DNA of 64,000 nt from Azolla caroliniana (Eukaryota; Plantae; Polypodiophyta): NCBI GenBank assembly GCA_043228905.1, contig JBHGNT010000014.1, positions 7,192,001-7,256,000 of the forward strand, in the 5' to 3' direction. Shown here in pieces: positions 1 to 11,710 of the stretch. The notes under the pieces were generated by a model. It worked only from the letters and a program-made list of their open reading frames with translations. It did not search any database and was not told where the DNA came from. The translations under genes were made by a program, and so were the position numbers. Position 1 is the stretch's first letter. Every line of letters begins with the position of its first letter.

Positions 1-1453
1 CAGATTCTTTCGTCCAAACCATTCTAGCACAAATTGATCCCTCTTGAGCATCTTGTTCGCAGTCGCAGCAACCAGGTACGGACTATCGACAATTCGAATG
101 TCATGATGGATTACTATTCTTTAAGAAACTCTGGTATGTTCCTAATGGTTCTTGTCGCCTTCGAGTAGTCCAAAACTGCCATGACACATATACAGTTGGT
201 CATTTTGGTAGTACTAAAACATTAGATTTAGTACAATGATCATTCTAGTGGCCCCATATGCGATAATTTGTTGAAGATTTTGTTCAGACTTATGATACAT
301 GTTGGAGAGCAAAAAATGCCAAGGCATCATCCATATGGTTTATTAGAACCATTACCAATTCCAAGCAAGCCGTGGCAATCCATTGCTCGAGATTTCATCA
401 CAGATCTTCCGGTCTCTAAGGGATTTGATGCGATCTTAACAGTAGTAGATCAATATACAAAGATGGCTCATTTCCTGCCATGAACTAAGGAAATCTCTAG
501 TGAGGAAACTGCTGAAACTGTCGTGCGTGAAGTATGTCGGCATCAAGGCCTTCCCGATAGTATCATCAATGACCATGGACCCCAATTCGTCTCGAAATTC
601 TGGAAGCACCTCTTTAAAATGCTCAAGGTCACTTGTAACCTCCCCTCTGGCTACCACCCGCAAACAAACGGCCAAGCAGAACGAACAAATCAAACGTTGG
701 AGCAATATCTTTGGTGCTTTCTAAGCTATCATCAAGATGATTGGGCAGATATTCTCCACTTCACCGAATTTGCGTATAATTACTCTGTCCACTCATCGAC
801 AAAGGTTACACCATTTTATGTTTATATGGGTTGTCACCCCTAGTGGTGTGTATTCCCAAAATCCTTGCACAAGATACAAGAGGATTTATCTACTCATCTA
901 CAGCAAGCTGAACAAACACACAAGGTTTATGTAGATCGTCATCGGCTTCCATCTAGTTTTAACATTGGAGATTGGGTATGGCTACTTCGACAACACATCA
1001 AGACTACTCGCCCATGCGAGAAGTTGGATTATCGGCGATTAGGTCCTTTCCGTATTTTCGGAAAAATTAATGATGTCACTTTTCGTCTCGATCTACCTCC
1101 ACAACTTCGGATACATTCGGTGTTTCATAGTTCTCTCCTTGAACCCTATCGAGACAGCACCATCACAGGTCGTATTAAACAACCTCCACCCCCGATCGAA
1201 CTTGAAGATGGAGGTTGAACCTGAGTACGAGGTTGCCGCCATCCTTGATTCCAAGATTGTTCACAACAAACTCTACTATTTAGTCGATTGGCTAGGATAT
1301 AGTCCCAACGAGTGTACTTGGGAACCAATAGAGAATGTGACCAATGCTCGTGCTTTTCTTGAAGACTTCCATCGTCAATATCCAGACAAACCGGATCCTC
1401 AATCCAAAACAACTTGTGACACTCGTCTTTTTAAAGGCGGGATAGTGTCATGA
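1..1453 (+). pseudogene. Ty3/Gypsy chromovirus (Tcn1-like) integrase plus chromodomain, degenerate 3' part of pol
   Basis: Fragments [48 protein letters not shown] motif and chromodomain EYEVAAILDSK..YLVDWLGY..TWEP, broken by stops and frameshifts; followed by purine tract AAAGGCGGGATAG. Confidence 0.93.
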
Positions 1454-1730
1454 TTTGGCAAGACTTGAACCCATGACCTTATGTTACATGGGTCAAGCTC
1501 TTGACCATTAGACTATATATTGTAATACGAAAGATATTATTTTCATTTAAGTTTTACTATAGAAAATTGATGTATATTCCAAATTTCTTTGGAACATTCT
1601 AGAAACTTCAGGAGTACTCCTGAGAACATTATAAAAGGAGGCACAAGGCATTATTTCGAACCAAATCAGTTCAACGCCAGTCTTAAACCTCGTACCTACT
1701 ATTGTATATTCTCTTAACATAATATATAAA
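1446..1730 (+). repeat. 3' LTR of the chromovirus, truncated on the right
   Basis: Starts TGTCATGA directly after the PPT; aligns by eye with the reverse complement of LTR 33891-34326 until about 1730. Confidence 0.85.
1456..1520 (-). other. tRNA-like Pol III cassette (A and B boxes) in LTR U3
   Basis: Minus strand TAGTCTAATGGTCAAG...AAGGTCATGGGTTCAAGTCTTGCCA; canonical A-to-B spacing; no recognisable anticodon arm. Confidence 0.7.
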
Positions 1731-2096
1731 CACATTCGCATTCACAAGTGGAATGATCACGCATAAAGGGAAGGATAAGGAACATTTTGATTGATTTTAG
1801 TACTTTTTCAATGATTTTACAAAACACATTGATACCAATATCATACATGTTCAAATATATTATGAAAAAGGTTTAAAATCCACTATTTTCGTGATTTAGA
1901 AATAAATAAATAAAGAGGAATTTCAAAAAGTTACGTTCTCAATTTATATCACAAACTTTACAACCAATGTTATTTTATAAGAAACGATTTTTTAGAAATC
2001 ATAAGAATTCAAAACACATGCTTTTATATTACTCGATTTGTTACAAGCAGAATGTAGTTACACTTAATAGCCAAAAATACATTCATGATCACTCCT

Positions 2097-4832
2097 TTAC
2101 GGAGAATTACTACTATAACTAATATACAATGACGATTCCTCCTCGTCATCCTCGGATGTACCAATCAAAGCATTATCTTCGTCATAAACCAAATGGTTTG
2201 ACTCTAGATTATATGTAGCAGACCTCGTTTGCCTTCGACTCGAGCCACCTTGTAGACCTGGTAATTTTTCTTTCATTATATCTATTGTTAACTTCCTTAA
2301 TTGTCTGGCTTCTGTAAGCGTGAATTCGTACACGATGATATCCACATCAGAGATATTAAGGGTCGAGGTGTTACGAATGTTTTGCTTCCTCTTCCTACCT
2401 CCCCTTGTCATTGGGCATTCAATCATCTCCAATGTATAGTTACCCATAAAAGCATTTACACTTCTAGTGTTGTACCAATGAATGTTTATAGACTTGATTG
2501 TGTTTTCTATTTCATGCATTAGCACTTCTAGAATTTTACCAACCCAAAATTGGTGGCCATGTGAGTTCTCATTAGCAGGTGTTGCAATCAACATCCCCAC
2601 CGCGAGCTCTTGCAAATTGCCTTGCCATCTACCTTCGACTGCTTTGGTCATCCTTGGTCCCACATAAATGTCTCGTTGTTGTGGATGGACCAAATTGTCA
2701 GTAATCGCATTTGTTTGTTGCTCCGGAGTTTTATTTACACGATCATGTTGTAGCGACCATGTGAATGGCGTTTCCAAATTCCAATTATCACCAAATACAC
2801 AATTGTCTATAATTCCTTTCTGATCACTAAAATATACATCCCACCATGACATGTCTTGTTGTGCAGTATATTTCTGTGCGGCCTCAATATGCTTTCTTTT
2901 TTCTTTTAAGGCTTGGAGTCATAATTGTTTTTGTTCCGATACCAAGTCACTATGCAACTGTCCTTTCTTCTCAATTGGCATTTGTTTAGCTCCATGGACA
3001 ATTGTACTCGGCATACAAAGTAATAACTAGAAACCATCTTCAAGTTCCCATGTTGTAGAAGATGAATATTGTTTAGCATACAAAAGCGTAGAACCACTTA
3101 TTTCATTTTTCTTTATCATAAAAATGTGATTGAAGCTTATATTGTTTAACTGGGCGAGCACTTTAACATTCCCAACACCCCCATCTGATATATATCTCTT
3201 AAAGTCATATACCTCCTTCAAGTGTAACACTTTTGGGCGTGGTGTATATGCATCACAAATGACATCAAATAGTTTTGGTAATGTGAAAGCATCATGCCGA
3301 GACAACTGTCTAGAGAATGTGCTAAACATCTTATCTATATGATCATGTGTGTGGCCAACCAAAAGAAAATTGACTTTCACTTTTCTAAACAATCCTTGGT
3401 TGACCAACATACTTAGATAGCCCTACACAGTTGAATATTTGTTCTCTCTAGCAGTATTGTCCAATTGAATGTATAGAACAGGGGGGAACGGTTAGCCCCA
3501 AGACATCAAAACTCGGTGAATCATTGTAACTGTTAGGTTAGGGTCATTGTGAACATTGGGGTATGTAATGAAGACGTGGGGTCCAACAGACCTATTATAA
3601 ACCAAGCATCCCACCAAGTGCATTTGAACAAGGCACTCATCATTGATGTCTTTGGGGAGCCTCCGCATTTGCGGCAAGTACGTCTTATTCTGGTCCATGC
3701 CATCTATCATTAAGCACATGTACTGTTCGGGCCTCTTCAAACACCTCTCTCTATGATGCATCGCCTTCTTTTGTTCTAACGATTGTGCCTCACGATGCTC
3801 CTGTAGTAACTTCTTACTCATATCCTTTTCCATTGATGTCTTTGCACCTTTAGCCAAACTTTTAAGATTTGCACAAATGGAGCAATTCCCCATGCGTACT
3901 TTACGCAGAATGATAACATTTGAAAACCGAGCTCTCCATAATCTTGTGAATTGGCTATATGTGACAGATTTATTACTTGAGCCCACCATATCTGATCGAT
4001 AAACATCATAAACTTCCCGATGTGTGTAATTATCAGAGAGGTGCATCCTACCTGTAGTGGGCATTACTTCACAATTTAACTGAAAGTAACTTTTCATCCA
4101 ACCAATAGCATGTCTTCCAATTACACCTTTCATACTTGGAACCTCTTTACAATTGAGCATCTGATTCCCGCTAATAGATGTTGTTGTATTCTATGTAGCC
4201 GCATGTTACTAACACATAATGCAATTTTGAAGGCAACTCTACAGATCTGTTGTGCATGGAAGATATAATACTCGAATGATACTTTGATCCCCGTACATTT
4301 GTCAGACACTAGTTGCATATGTGACCCGAGGTAAGTGTCTTGCTCATCACTAGTCATCGAAAAATAGTATCACCTAATTCTCGCAACTTTGATTTTCGAA
4401 TCATAGACATACAACCACGGGCACAACATATTATGTTGACATCAAATCCAATCTGCTTATCTGATGTCACCAAGTTAAATCTGGCCAGACGAATTCTACG
4501 TAGGATTCTTCTAATATGCATAAGGCTTCCAGATTTCTCTTTCTACATAGAAGTTGGGGTAACCTTGTTACAATCCAATTCTTTGTTGTCACCATCGCCC
4601 ATGATATTCGATGTTTCATTGGCACTACCTTCATTCTCTGTATCTTTATTAATATCGTATTCTTCAATAGAGAACTATTCAGATGTGTCATTATTCACAT
4701 GTGTTTTAGGTGAAGATGAGCTCAAACAATACTCTTCAATAGAAATGGGTGAGTCTGTCGACAAACAATATTCTTCGATAGAAAATGTTGAGTCTGTCGA
4801 AAGTCAATACTCTTTGGTAGACGAAGAGTCTG
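2097..4832 (-). pseudogene. Sola-like (DUF7869-type) DNA transposase remnant, about 900 codons
   Basis: N-terminal CCxxxC..EQDTYL..ICRVAF, CSIC zinc motif, core IDGMDQ / YIQLDNTARENK / FLLVGHTHDHID; ORFs 3492-4160, 3027-3410 and 2097-2852 share one frame separated by stops; 5' end cut by the LTR at 4833. Confidence 0.75.
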
Positions 4833-5272
4833 TGTCATGAATAGATGAAACCCCAAGAGGTTTAGGGTGACTCGAACCCATGACCTCCTAAGGAGAAGCA
4901 CTCAGCTCTAGCCATTAGATTATATATGTTGTACATAAGGATATTATAATTTACTTTATTATAATATTGATAATGTAACCCTATAAATATCCAAAGGGTG
5001 CCATGACCCTTCAATATCCCAAAGGGTGCCATGAATCTTCAATATCCCAAAGGGTATCATGACCCTACAAACATCCAAGGGGCACATACTACTCCTATAT
5101 AAATAGGACATATTGTATTGTTAGAACCATTCTGGTTCAACACCAGCCTTTGGCAAATATTCTAGTTCTTGCTCTTGTATATTTTCCTATTATAATAAAA
5201 TATAGTCATTGTTCTCTCTTTCTTTTCCTCTCTTGCTCAATAGACTTCTTTTGTCAAGCCAAGGCCTTGACC
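4833..5272 (+). repeat. 5' LTR of chromovirus element 1
   Basis: TGTCATGA...TTGACC (terminal CA mutated); TATA at 5096; about 26-bp tandem unit x4 at 4985-5085; self-complementary PBS follows at 5275-5286. Confidence 0.75.
4863..4925 (-). other. tRNA-like Pol III cassette in LTR U3
   Basis: Minus strand TAATCTAATGGCTAGAG CTGAG..CTTAG GAGGTCATGGGTTCGAGTCACCC. Confidence 0.7.
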
Positions 5273-5317
5273 GTTTGAACCAGAATATCTTCTCTCTTTC
5301 TCTCTCTCTTTATCACC

Positions 5318-5354
<37 letters not shown>

Positions 5355-5406
5355 TTCCTTCTTTTTCTTGAGAATCCTATCAAGCGTTATCATCGCCATG
5401 GAGTTC

Positions 5407-5795
5407 TGTTGGCCGGTCAGAAGAGCAAGGACAAGTGGGAAGGCGGAGTCGGATCGGATAATAGGAAGTAAATAATAATATATTTATTATTCGGAGGGAC
5501 GGATCCGGTACAGTTGTACCGATCCGGATCCGGACCGATTCGGATGCCGGTTGCCTAAGCGCACCGATTGTAACCTTGCCGGATGCCTATAAAAGGATCC
5601 GATGATTTGTAAATGCTTTACGGAAGAAATACAATTATACCTATTGCGTGTTTATCTTTGTCTTTGTATTATTTTACCGTCTGTGCTTAGTGTAATCATC
5701 TTACGCGTGTAACCTAGCATCCAATCCTTACCACCCCTTTGGAGAAGTGTCGAATAGACACCTGTGTTGAGGCTAGTCCAGCCAGGCATACAACA
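5407..5795 (+). repeat. 5' LTR
   Basis: Direct repeat of 14722-15110, TG..CA ends, TATAAAA inside. Confidence 0.95.
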
Positions 5796-5801
5796 CTATT
5801 T

Positions 5802-5811
5802 TGGCGACCAC
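5802..5811 (+). promoter_or_regulatory. Primer binding site, probably tRNA-Arg
   Basis: TGGCGACCAC 6 nt after the LTR; matches my recollection of the plant tRNA-Arg(UCG) 3' end. Confidence 0.6.
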
Positions 5812-5847
5812 GATTCCTGCAAAGTGCAGAGGACAACCGGGGGATGG

Positions 5848-7900
5848 ATGTCTAGACCAAACGACGACCACATCACCGAACGAGGGAGACGATACACCGA
5901 ACGAGAGCAACGATGGGAAGCCCTGCAGCAAGCCGTCGACGAGATCCGGCGAGATCAGTCATTCTCAAGAACTCTTCGGAGAGTCGCAAAAGAAGCACTA
6001 CAGTTCCGGGTTCTGCAAGTCCCCGACGAAGGCAGTAGCATAACAAGCCTGCAAGAGGCGGAAACGATACTACAGACGCTCGCCGGTGGCGACGGGGACT
6101 CGGAAGCATTCGCAACACTCGAGGTGGAGTCGGAAAGCGATGGAAGCATTGCGTCCCGGTATAAAAGCAGCCACAACACACCAAACGACCCGGGGGAAGA
6201 GGAGTCGGAAGACACAGAGGAAGAAATAACCTTGGAGTTCGGTGACCGGGAATCGCCGAGGGAGGCTGACCGGATACCGACAACAGCCGTGAAGGAACCG
6301 AAGGACCGGATACCGGCACCAACCGCGGAGGAACCGAAGGTTCTAACACCGACGCCAACAACGGACAGAGAGCGGAGAGAGCAGGAGAGTCAGTTGGATG
6401 ACACGAGGTCGTACCCATACCCAAAGTACCGGGATGAGCCCGACGCGGAGGCACACGTGTATGCATTCCTCCAAACATGGGAAGCCAACCATGTTTCCCA
6501 AAGACTGATGGAGCCCGAAGCCGAACGATCCAAAGTCGCCGAATTCGGCATGACCTTAGAAGGACCAACGGCCCGTTGGCACGCAAAGCACTTACCTGGC
6601 AGCTTTGCCACATTCGATGCCTTGAAGGCCAAATTCCTCAGGCTTTTTCACAGACAAGTTGAGCAAAGGGAATTGGTCGGGCAGTTCTACACCACCCGGC
6701 AGGAAGAGAACGAGACTGTGCCACAATTCATCATTCGGTTTTAGACCCTGCACAGCCAACTGACGAGAGCACCACCCGAAGACGAAGCCAAAGCAGTCTT
6801 TTTGGCCGCGCTAAAAGAGCCACTTCGAACGATGTGAGGAGTCCTTGATTTCCACACCAGCACAATGGACCAAGTTATTGATCGGGTCTTAGAAATGGAC
6901 AAGACTAGCTCCTTCTTGTCGATGGGGATGTTACACCGGGCACTCCCGAAGGAGGAAGACCTGAGGTTCCGACAAGCCTTACAATGCACAACATGCCTAA
7001 AGTCGGGCCACTCAACGGTAGACTGCAACCTACGGACACAATGTATGATCTGCAACTCTCGAGCCCATACAACGGACCGATGCGAATATAACCTGTTAAA
7101 TCGGCAAGCGGCACCGGTTCGACACATAGAACCGCGCAATCAGGACCTGGATGAGGATCGATTCCGGAGAGACGACTGCTACCAACGCGAACGCGGTAAC
7201 AGATACGCTGATAGAAGACGTGATAACTATGACCGAGAGGAGAAATGCAGAGATAGCTACCCCCGGGACCGGTACGACCGAGACGAATCCCCGAAATACG
7301 AATGACGCAGAGAAGAGAGGCGACAAGGGAACCGGAATTTCCGACGGAATCAGAAGCGTGGATTTTTCCGACGAGAGGAACGTCGGGAGGCAGCAAGGAA
7401 TGACAACCCGGTATCGGTACTGGATAACCGGAAAACCGAAGACGACCGCCAAAGTATACCCACCCCCAAACCGGGGACAAAGGAGAAACGAGCAACAGTC
7501 ACAAGGTGTACTGTTATTACTGCCCTAAGGAGGGCCATTATAGTAACCAATGCCCAAGCAAAACCAATGACAAGCAGCCGGCAGTCAACATGGTTACAGC
7601 CGAAATAACGGAAGTGCAGCAGGTCACAACCCGGTCAAAGGGAAAGGCCGACGAGTGGGAAGCCCAGGAGGCAATCAGAAAACAAGCACCACAATGGATC
7701 AAGAAGGCCAATGAACAGAATGCGGCAGAAGTAAGAGACCAAAATATGCCAAAAGACGAAGAAATCATACAGCCAGGAGAAAACCCGACGTGGCAAGCGC
7801 TCCAGGACTGTCAAATCGTGCTGCCGTTAGCACGGTTACTACAGTTGGTGCCACGGTTTACGGCAGACTTACAGGCATCCGTGAGCAAACCGCAGCCGAC
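5848..7900 (+). pseudogene. gag: gag (retrotransposon gag domain, three CCHC knuckles)
   Basis: FDALKAKFLRLF..RQEENETVPQFIIRF; CTTCLKSGHSTVDC, CMICNSRAHTTDRC, CYYCPKEGHYSNQC; in-frame stops. Confidence 0.85.
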
Positions 7901-10900
7901 GAGGCATCCGTACAAGGCGCTTACCCCCTACTGCTAGGACGATCATGGCTGCGAACGGCACATATCAAGCAAAATTGGCAAAAGAACATGATCACATTCC
8001 GGCGAGGGAAAACAAAGGTACGAGTAGCAACGCAACCACGGGTGATCGCCAGTAAGGAAGCAACTCCATTGTATGCGGAAAGCATCAACATGTTGGAGGG
8101 ATTACCGGATGAGGAAGTCGATCGGTACCTCGAGGAACACCCACGAATCGTCCCACTATTTGAGGTGGATATCACGGCGGTAGTAGAACCGTACATCACG
8201 ACGCCGGACGAACCGGACCAAGCGGTGATCCAGGAACTGCGACAAGCGCAGGAATCCCTAGAGAGGGAGATGACGATATCCCAGAGGGTAAAAGCATCCC
8301 AACTAGAGGAGGTGGACCTCGGCACAACAGACAAGCCCCGACCGGTAAAAGTCGCAAAGGAATTGCCGAAGAAAGAAAAGAAGGCAATGGTAGCATTAGT
8401 AACAGACTTCAAGGATGTGTTCGCGTGGTCATACGAAGACATGCGAGGACTGGACCCCCAGCTCTATCAGCACCAAATTCACCTAAGTACGGACGCGAAA
8501 CCGATCGCTCAACGCAGGTACCAGATGAATCCAAATTATGCGACAAAGGTGAAGGAGGAGATTGATAAGCTCCTCCGGGTCGGATTTATCTGACCGATCA
8601 AGCAGGCAACCTAACTGAGTCCGATAATGGTGGTCCCGAAAAAGAACGGCAAAATCCGGGTATGTGTGGACTACCGGAAACTAAATGCCGCAACGGTGAC
8701 CGATGCGTTTCCACTACCATTTACGGACGGGGTGTTAGATGCGGTAGCTGGCCACGAAGTTTACAGCTTCCTGGATGGATTTAGCGGTTACAACCAAATA
8801 CGAATGAACCCGGCCGATCAGGAGAAGACAACGTTCGTTACGGAATGGGGAGTGTTCGTCGCGGTCGTGATGATGTTCGGACTAAAGACGGCCCCATCGA
8901 CCTTTCAAAGGATAATAATGGAAATTTTCGGGGAATATATCCCCGGTTTTATGCAGGTCTTCCTTGACGATTTCGCGGTCTACAGCCGGCACGGAGAGCA
9001 TCTCGATCACCTCCGGCTGTGCCTAGAGAAGTGCCGCGAGTACCGGTTGAGTCTGAACCCGGCCAAGTGCGTCTTTGGAGTTGCAAGCGGCAACTTGCTA
9101 GGGCACGTGGTGAGTAAGGAAGGAATCGCGGTAGATCCGGATAAAGTAAAGGCGATTCTCGAGGCACCAGCACCAAATAACGCAAAGGCTTTAAGCCGGT
9201 TCCTGGGCCAAATAAGGTGGCATAGTCGGATGATACGGCACCTCGCACACTTCACTACACCATTGCATGCCGCCGTACACAGGGTACCCTTCCTATTGGC
9301 GGAGACGGAGGAGAAAGCCTACCAAGCGCTGAAGGTTATGTTGTCGCAAGCTCCGGTGGTGCAACCGCCGGATTGGAGTAAAAGCTTTCATGTCTTCGTC
9401 GACGCGTCGGACGTAGCAATCGGCAGCGTTCTGATGCAACTCACGGAGCCGAAATGGTACCGGCCGGTGTATTACGCAAGCCGGAAACTCTCAAAAGCCG
9501 AACGGAACTACTCTACGACGGAACGAGAGGCATTAGGAATGGTGTATAGTGTCACAAAGTACAGGCACTATCTGCTCGGAAGGAAGTTTTCCTTCCATGT
9601 CGACCATTCGGCACTACTCTACCTGGTCTCGAAGGCATTACTGACGGGAAAAATTGCACGATGGACACTGCTGTTACAGGAATTTGAATTCGACATTTTA
9701 CACCGACCCGGGGCGCAGCATGCGGTAGCTGACCACCTAAGCAGACTCGAATCCGGAGAAGCAGGGGACGGCGTACAGGATGAGTTCCCCGACACCGAGT
9801 TGTTCCGGATCACGACGGAACCGGCAACAGATGCAACGGTAGCCGATGAAGACAAGTGGCTGACCGAGATGCATCAATTCCTGAGCACCGGAGTACCCCT
9901 GAAGAACAAGGACCGCGATATAAGGAAAAGGGTAGCAGTAAGAAGCAGACATTTCTGCTTGGTTGGAGACACCCTCTATCACAAGTGGGCAGATGGCATC
10001 TGGAGACGACCAGTGCGGAGCGATGAGAAGGATCTAATCTTCAGGGAAGCCCACTGTGGAATTGCCGGCGGGCATTATGCCGGCGGCGCAACCACTCGGA
10101 AAATATGGCAGAGCGGACTGTGGTGGCCCACCACCCTAAAAGATGCCGTGAAGTATAACAGAGAATGCGATTTGTATCAACGACTGGGCCAACCCACGGA
10201 GCAGGCCCGGATGCCACACCACCCGGTCTTGCCTTTGGAACCGTTTCAAAAGTGGGGGTTGGACTTTGTCGGTCCCTTCAAGCCACCGGCAATGCGAACC
10301 GGAAATCGGTATGTCATAGTGGCGACCGACTATTGCACCAAATGGGTGGAAGCGAAGGCCTTACGGGACAACACGACCGCTTCCACGGCAAAGTTCCTGT
10401 ACGAGTGCATATGGTGCCGGTATGGATGCCTGATCGAGCTTATAAGTGACCAAGGAGGACACTTTCTCGGGCAGGTAGTAGAAAGCCTGACGTGATTTTA
10501 CGCGGTGGTACATAAAAGGAGTACTCCCTACTACCCTCAAGCCCATGGACTAGCGGAATCGACGAACAAAACTCTGCAGAACATCCTACGAAAAATCATC
10601 AACGAGAACCGGACCGACTGGGATACGAATTTGCAGAGCGTGCTATGGGCGTACCGAACAACGTACAAAACCAGCATCCGGACAACCCCGTTCCGACTAG
10701 CATTCGGTTTAGAAGCGGTCATGCCGGTAGAGTTCCAGATCCCCAGCTTACGGATCCAGGTAAAGGAGCGCTTAAGTGAGAAGGAGTCCGAACGAATCTG
10801 GCTGGCGACGTTGTTGGAATTAGAAGAAAACCGAATAGCCAGCTTACTACAACTCGAACTGGAGCAAAGGACGAGAAAAGCTTTCGTGGACCGACACCGG

Positions 10901-11296
10901 CGTGGCAACGAAAAGGAGTTCGAAGTCGGAAAACCGGTACTACTATTCCAGACACGGATGGGGAACATGCCGGGAAAGTTGCGGTTTCGGTGAACCGGAC
11001 CGTTCTGGATCACCAAAGAGTACAATGGGTCGTATCAGCTCGGCACGTTGTCTGGAGAAGTCATCGGTAAGTGGGCAAATGGGTTTCGGCTAAAGCCGTA
11101 TAAGGGACATATGCCAGCCAACCCGTTCAAGCAAGACCCGGAAATCCGGCACGATCAGGAACCGACACCGACAGAAATCCGGACCGAGGAAGAACCCACA
11201 CCGATACCGACAAAGACTATCCCGGAAAACCGACAGAAGGAGATTCTGGTATCAGCGCGAACCGACCCGAACAAATCGGGCGGGACCGGAAAATGA
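7901..11296 (+). pseudogene. pol: pol: C-terminal stub of protease, RT, RNase H, integrase
   Basis: YPLLLGRSW; RVCVDYRKLN, LDGFSGYNQI, FLDDF; VDASD, EREAL; WGLDFVGP, SDQGGHF, YPQAHGLAE; several stops. Confidence 0.93.
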
Positions 11297-11710
11297 CGTG
11301 GTCCAAAAAAAAAAAAAGAAAAAAGAAAAAAGAAAAATCAAAGTAATGATGATGGGGAGATCACAAGAGGTGGGAGCGCCACCATTCAATGAAGAGGTGC
11401 CATGAAGTAAAGGAGGACGTGCGCATACGTGCTATTTAAAGCATAGAACGTGGGCACCGACGTACGAGGTATAAGAAACACGCGGCAACCAAGAAAGGAC
11501 ATACTAATTATGGCGGGAGATAGACATGCGCGGGAACCGAAAAAGGGCGGCTCGAGGCAAAAGCAACTATATAAGACACAGGCCTGCGAAGGACTTACTT
11601 TTTACGAATTTTCCTACACACAGGCGCAGAAGCACAGAAGAGCGATCCGACGCACAGAGCACACACATCCCGATCCCGAACAACAGACAGCAGAAGAAGA
11701 ATCCGAACCA

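Noticed and set aside
4340-4840. 166-aa plus-strand ORF with QYSSIE repeats
   Set aside because: Antisense to the repetitive N-terminus of the Sola-like transposase
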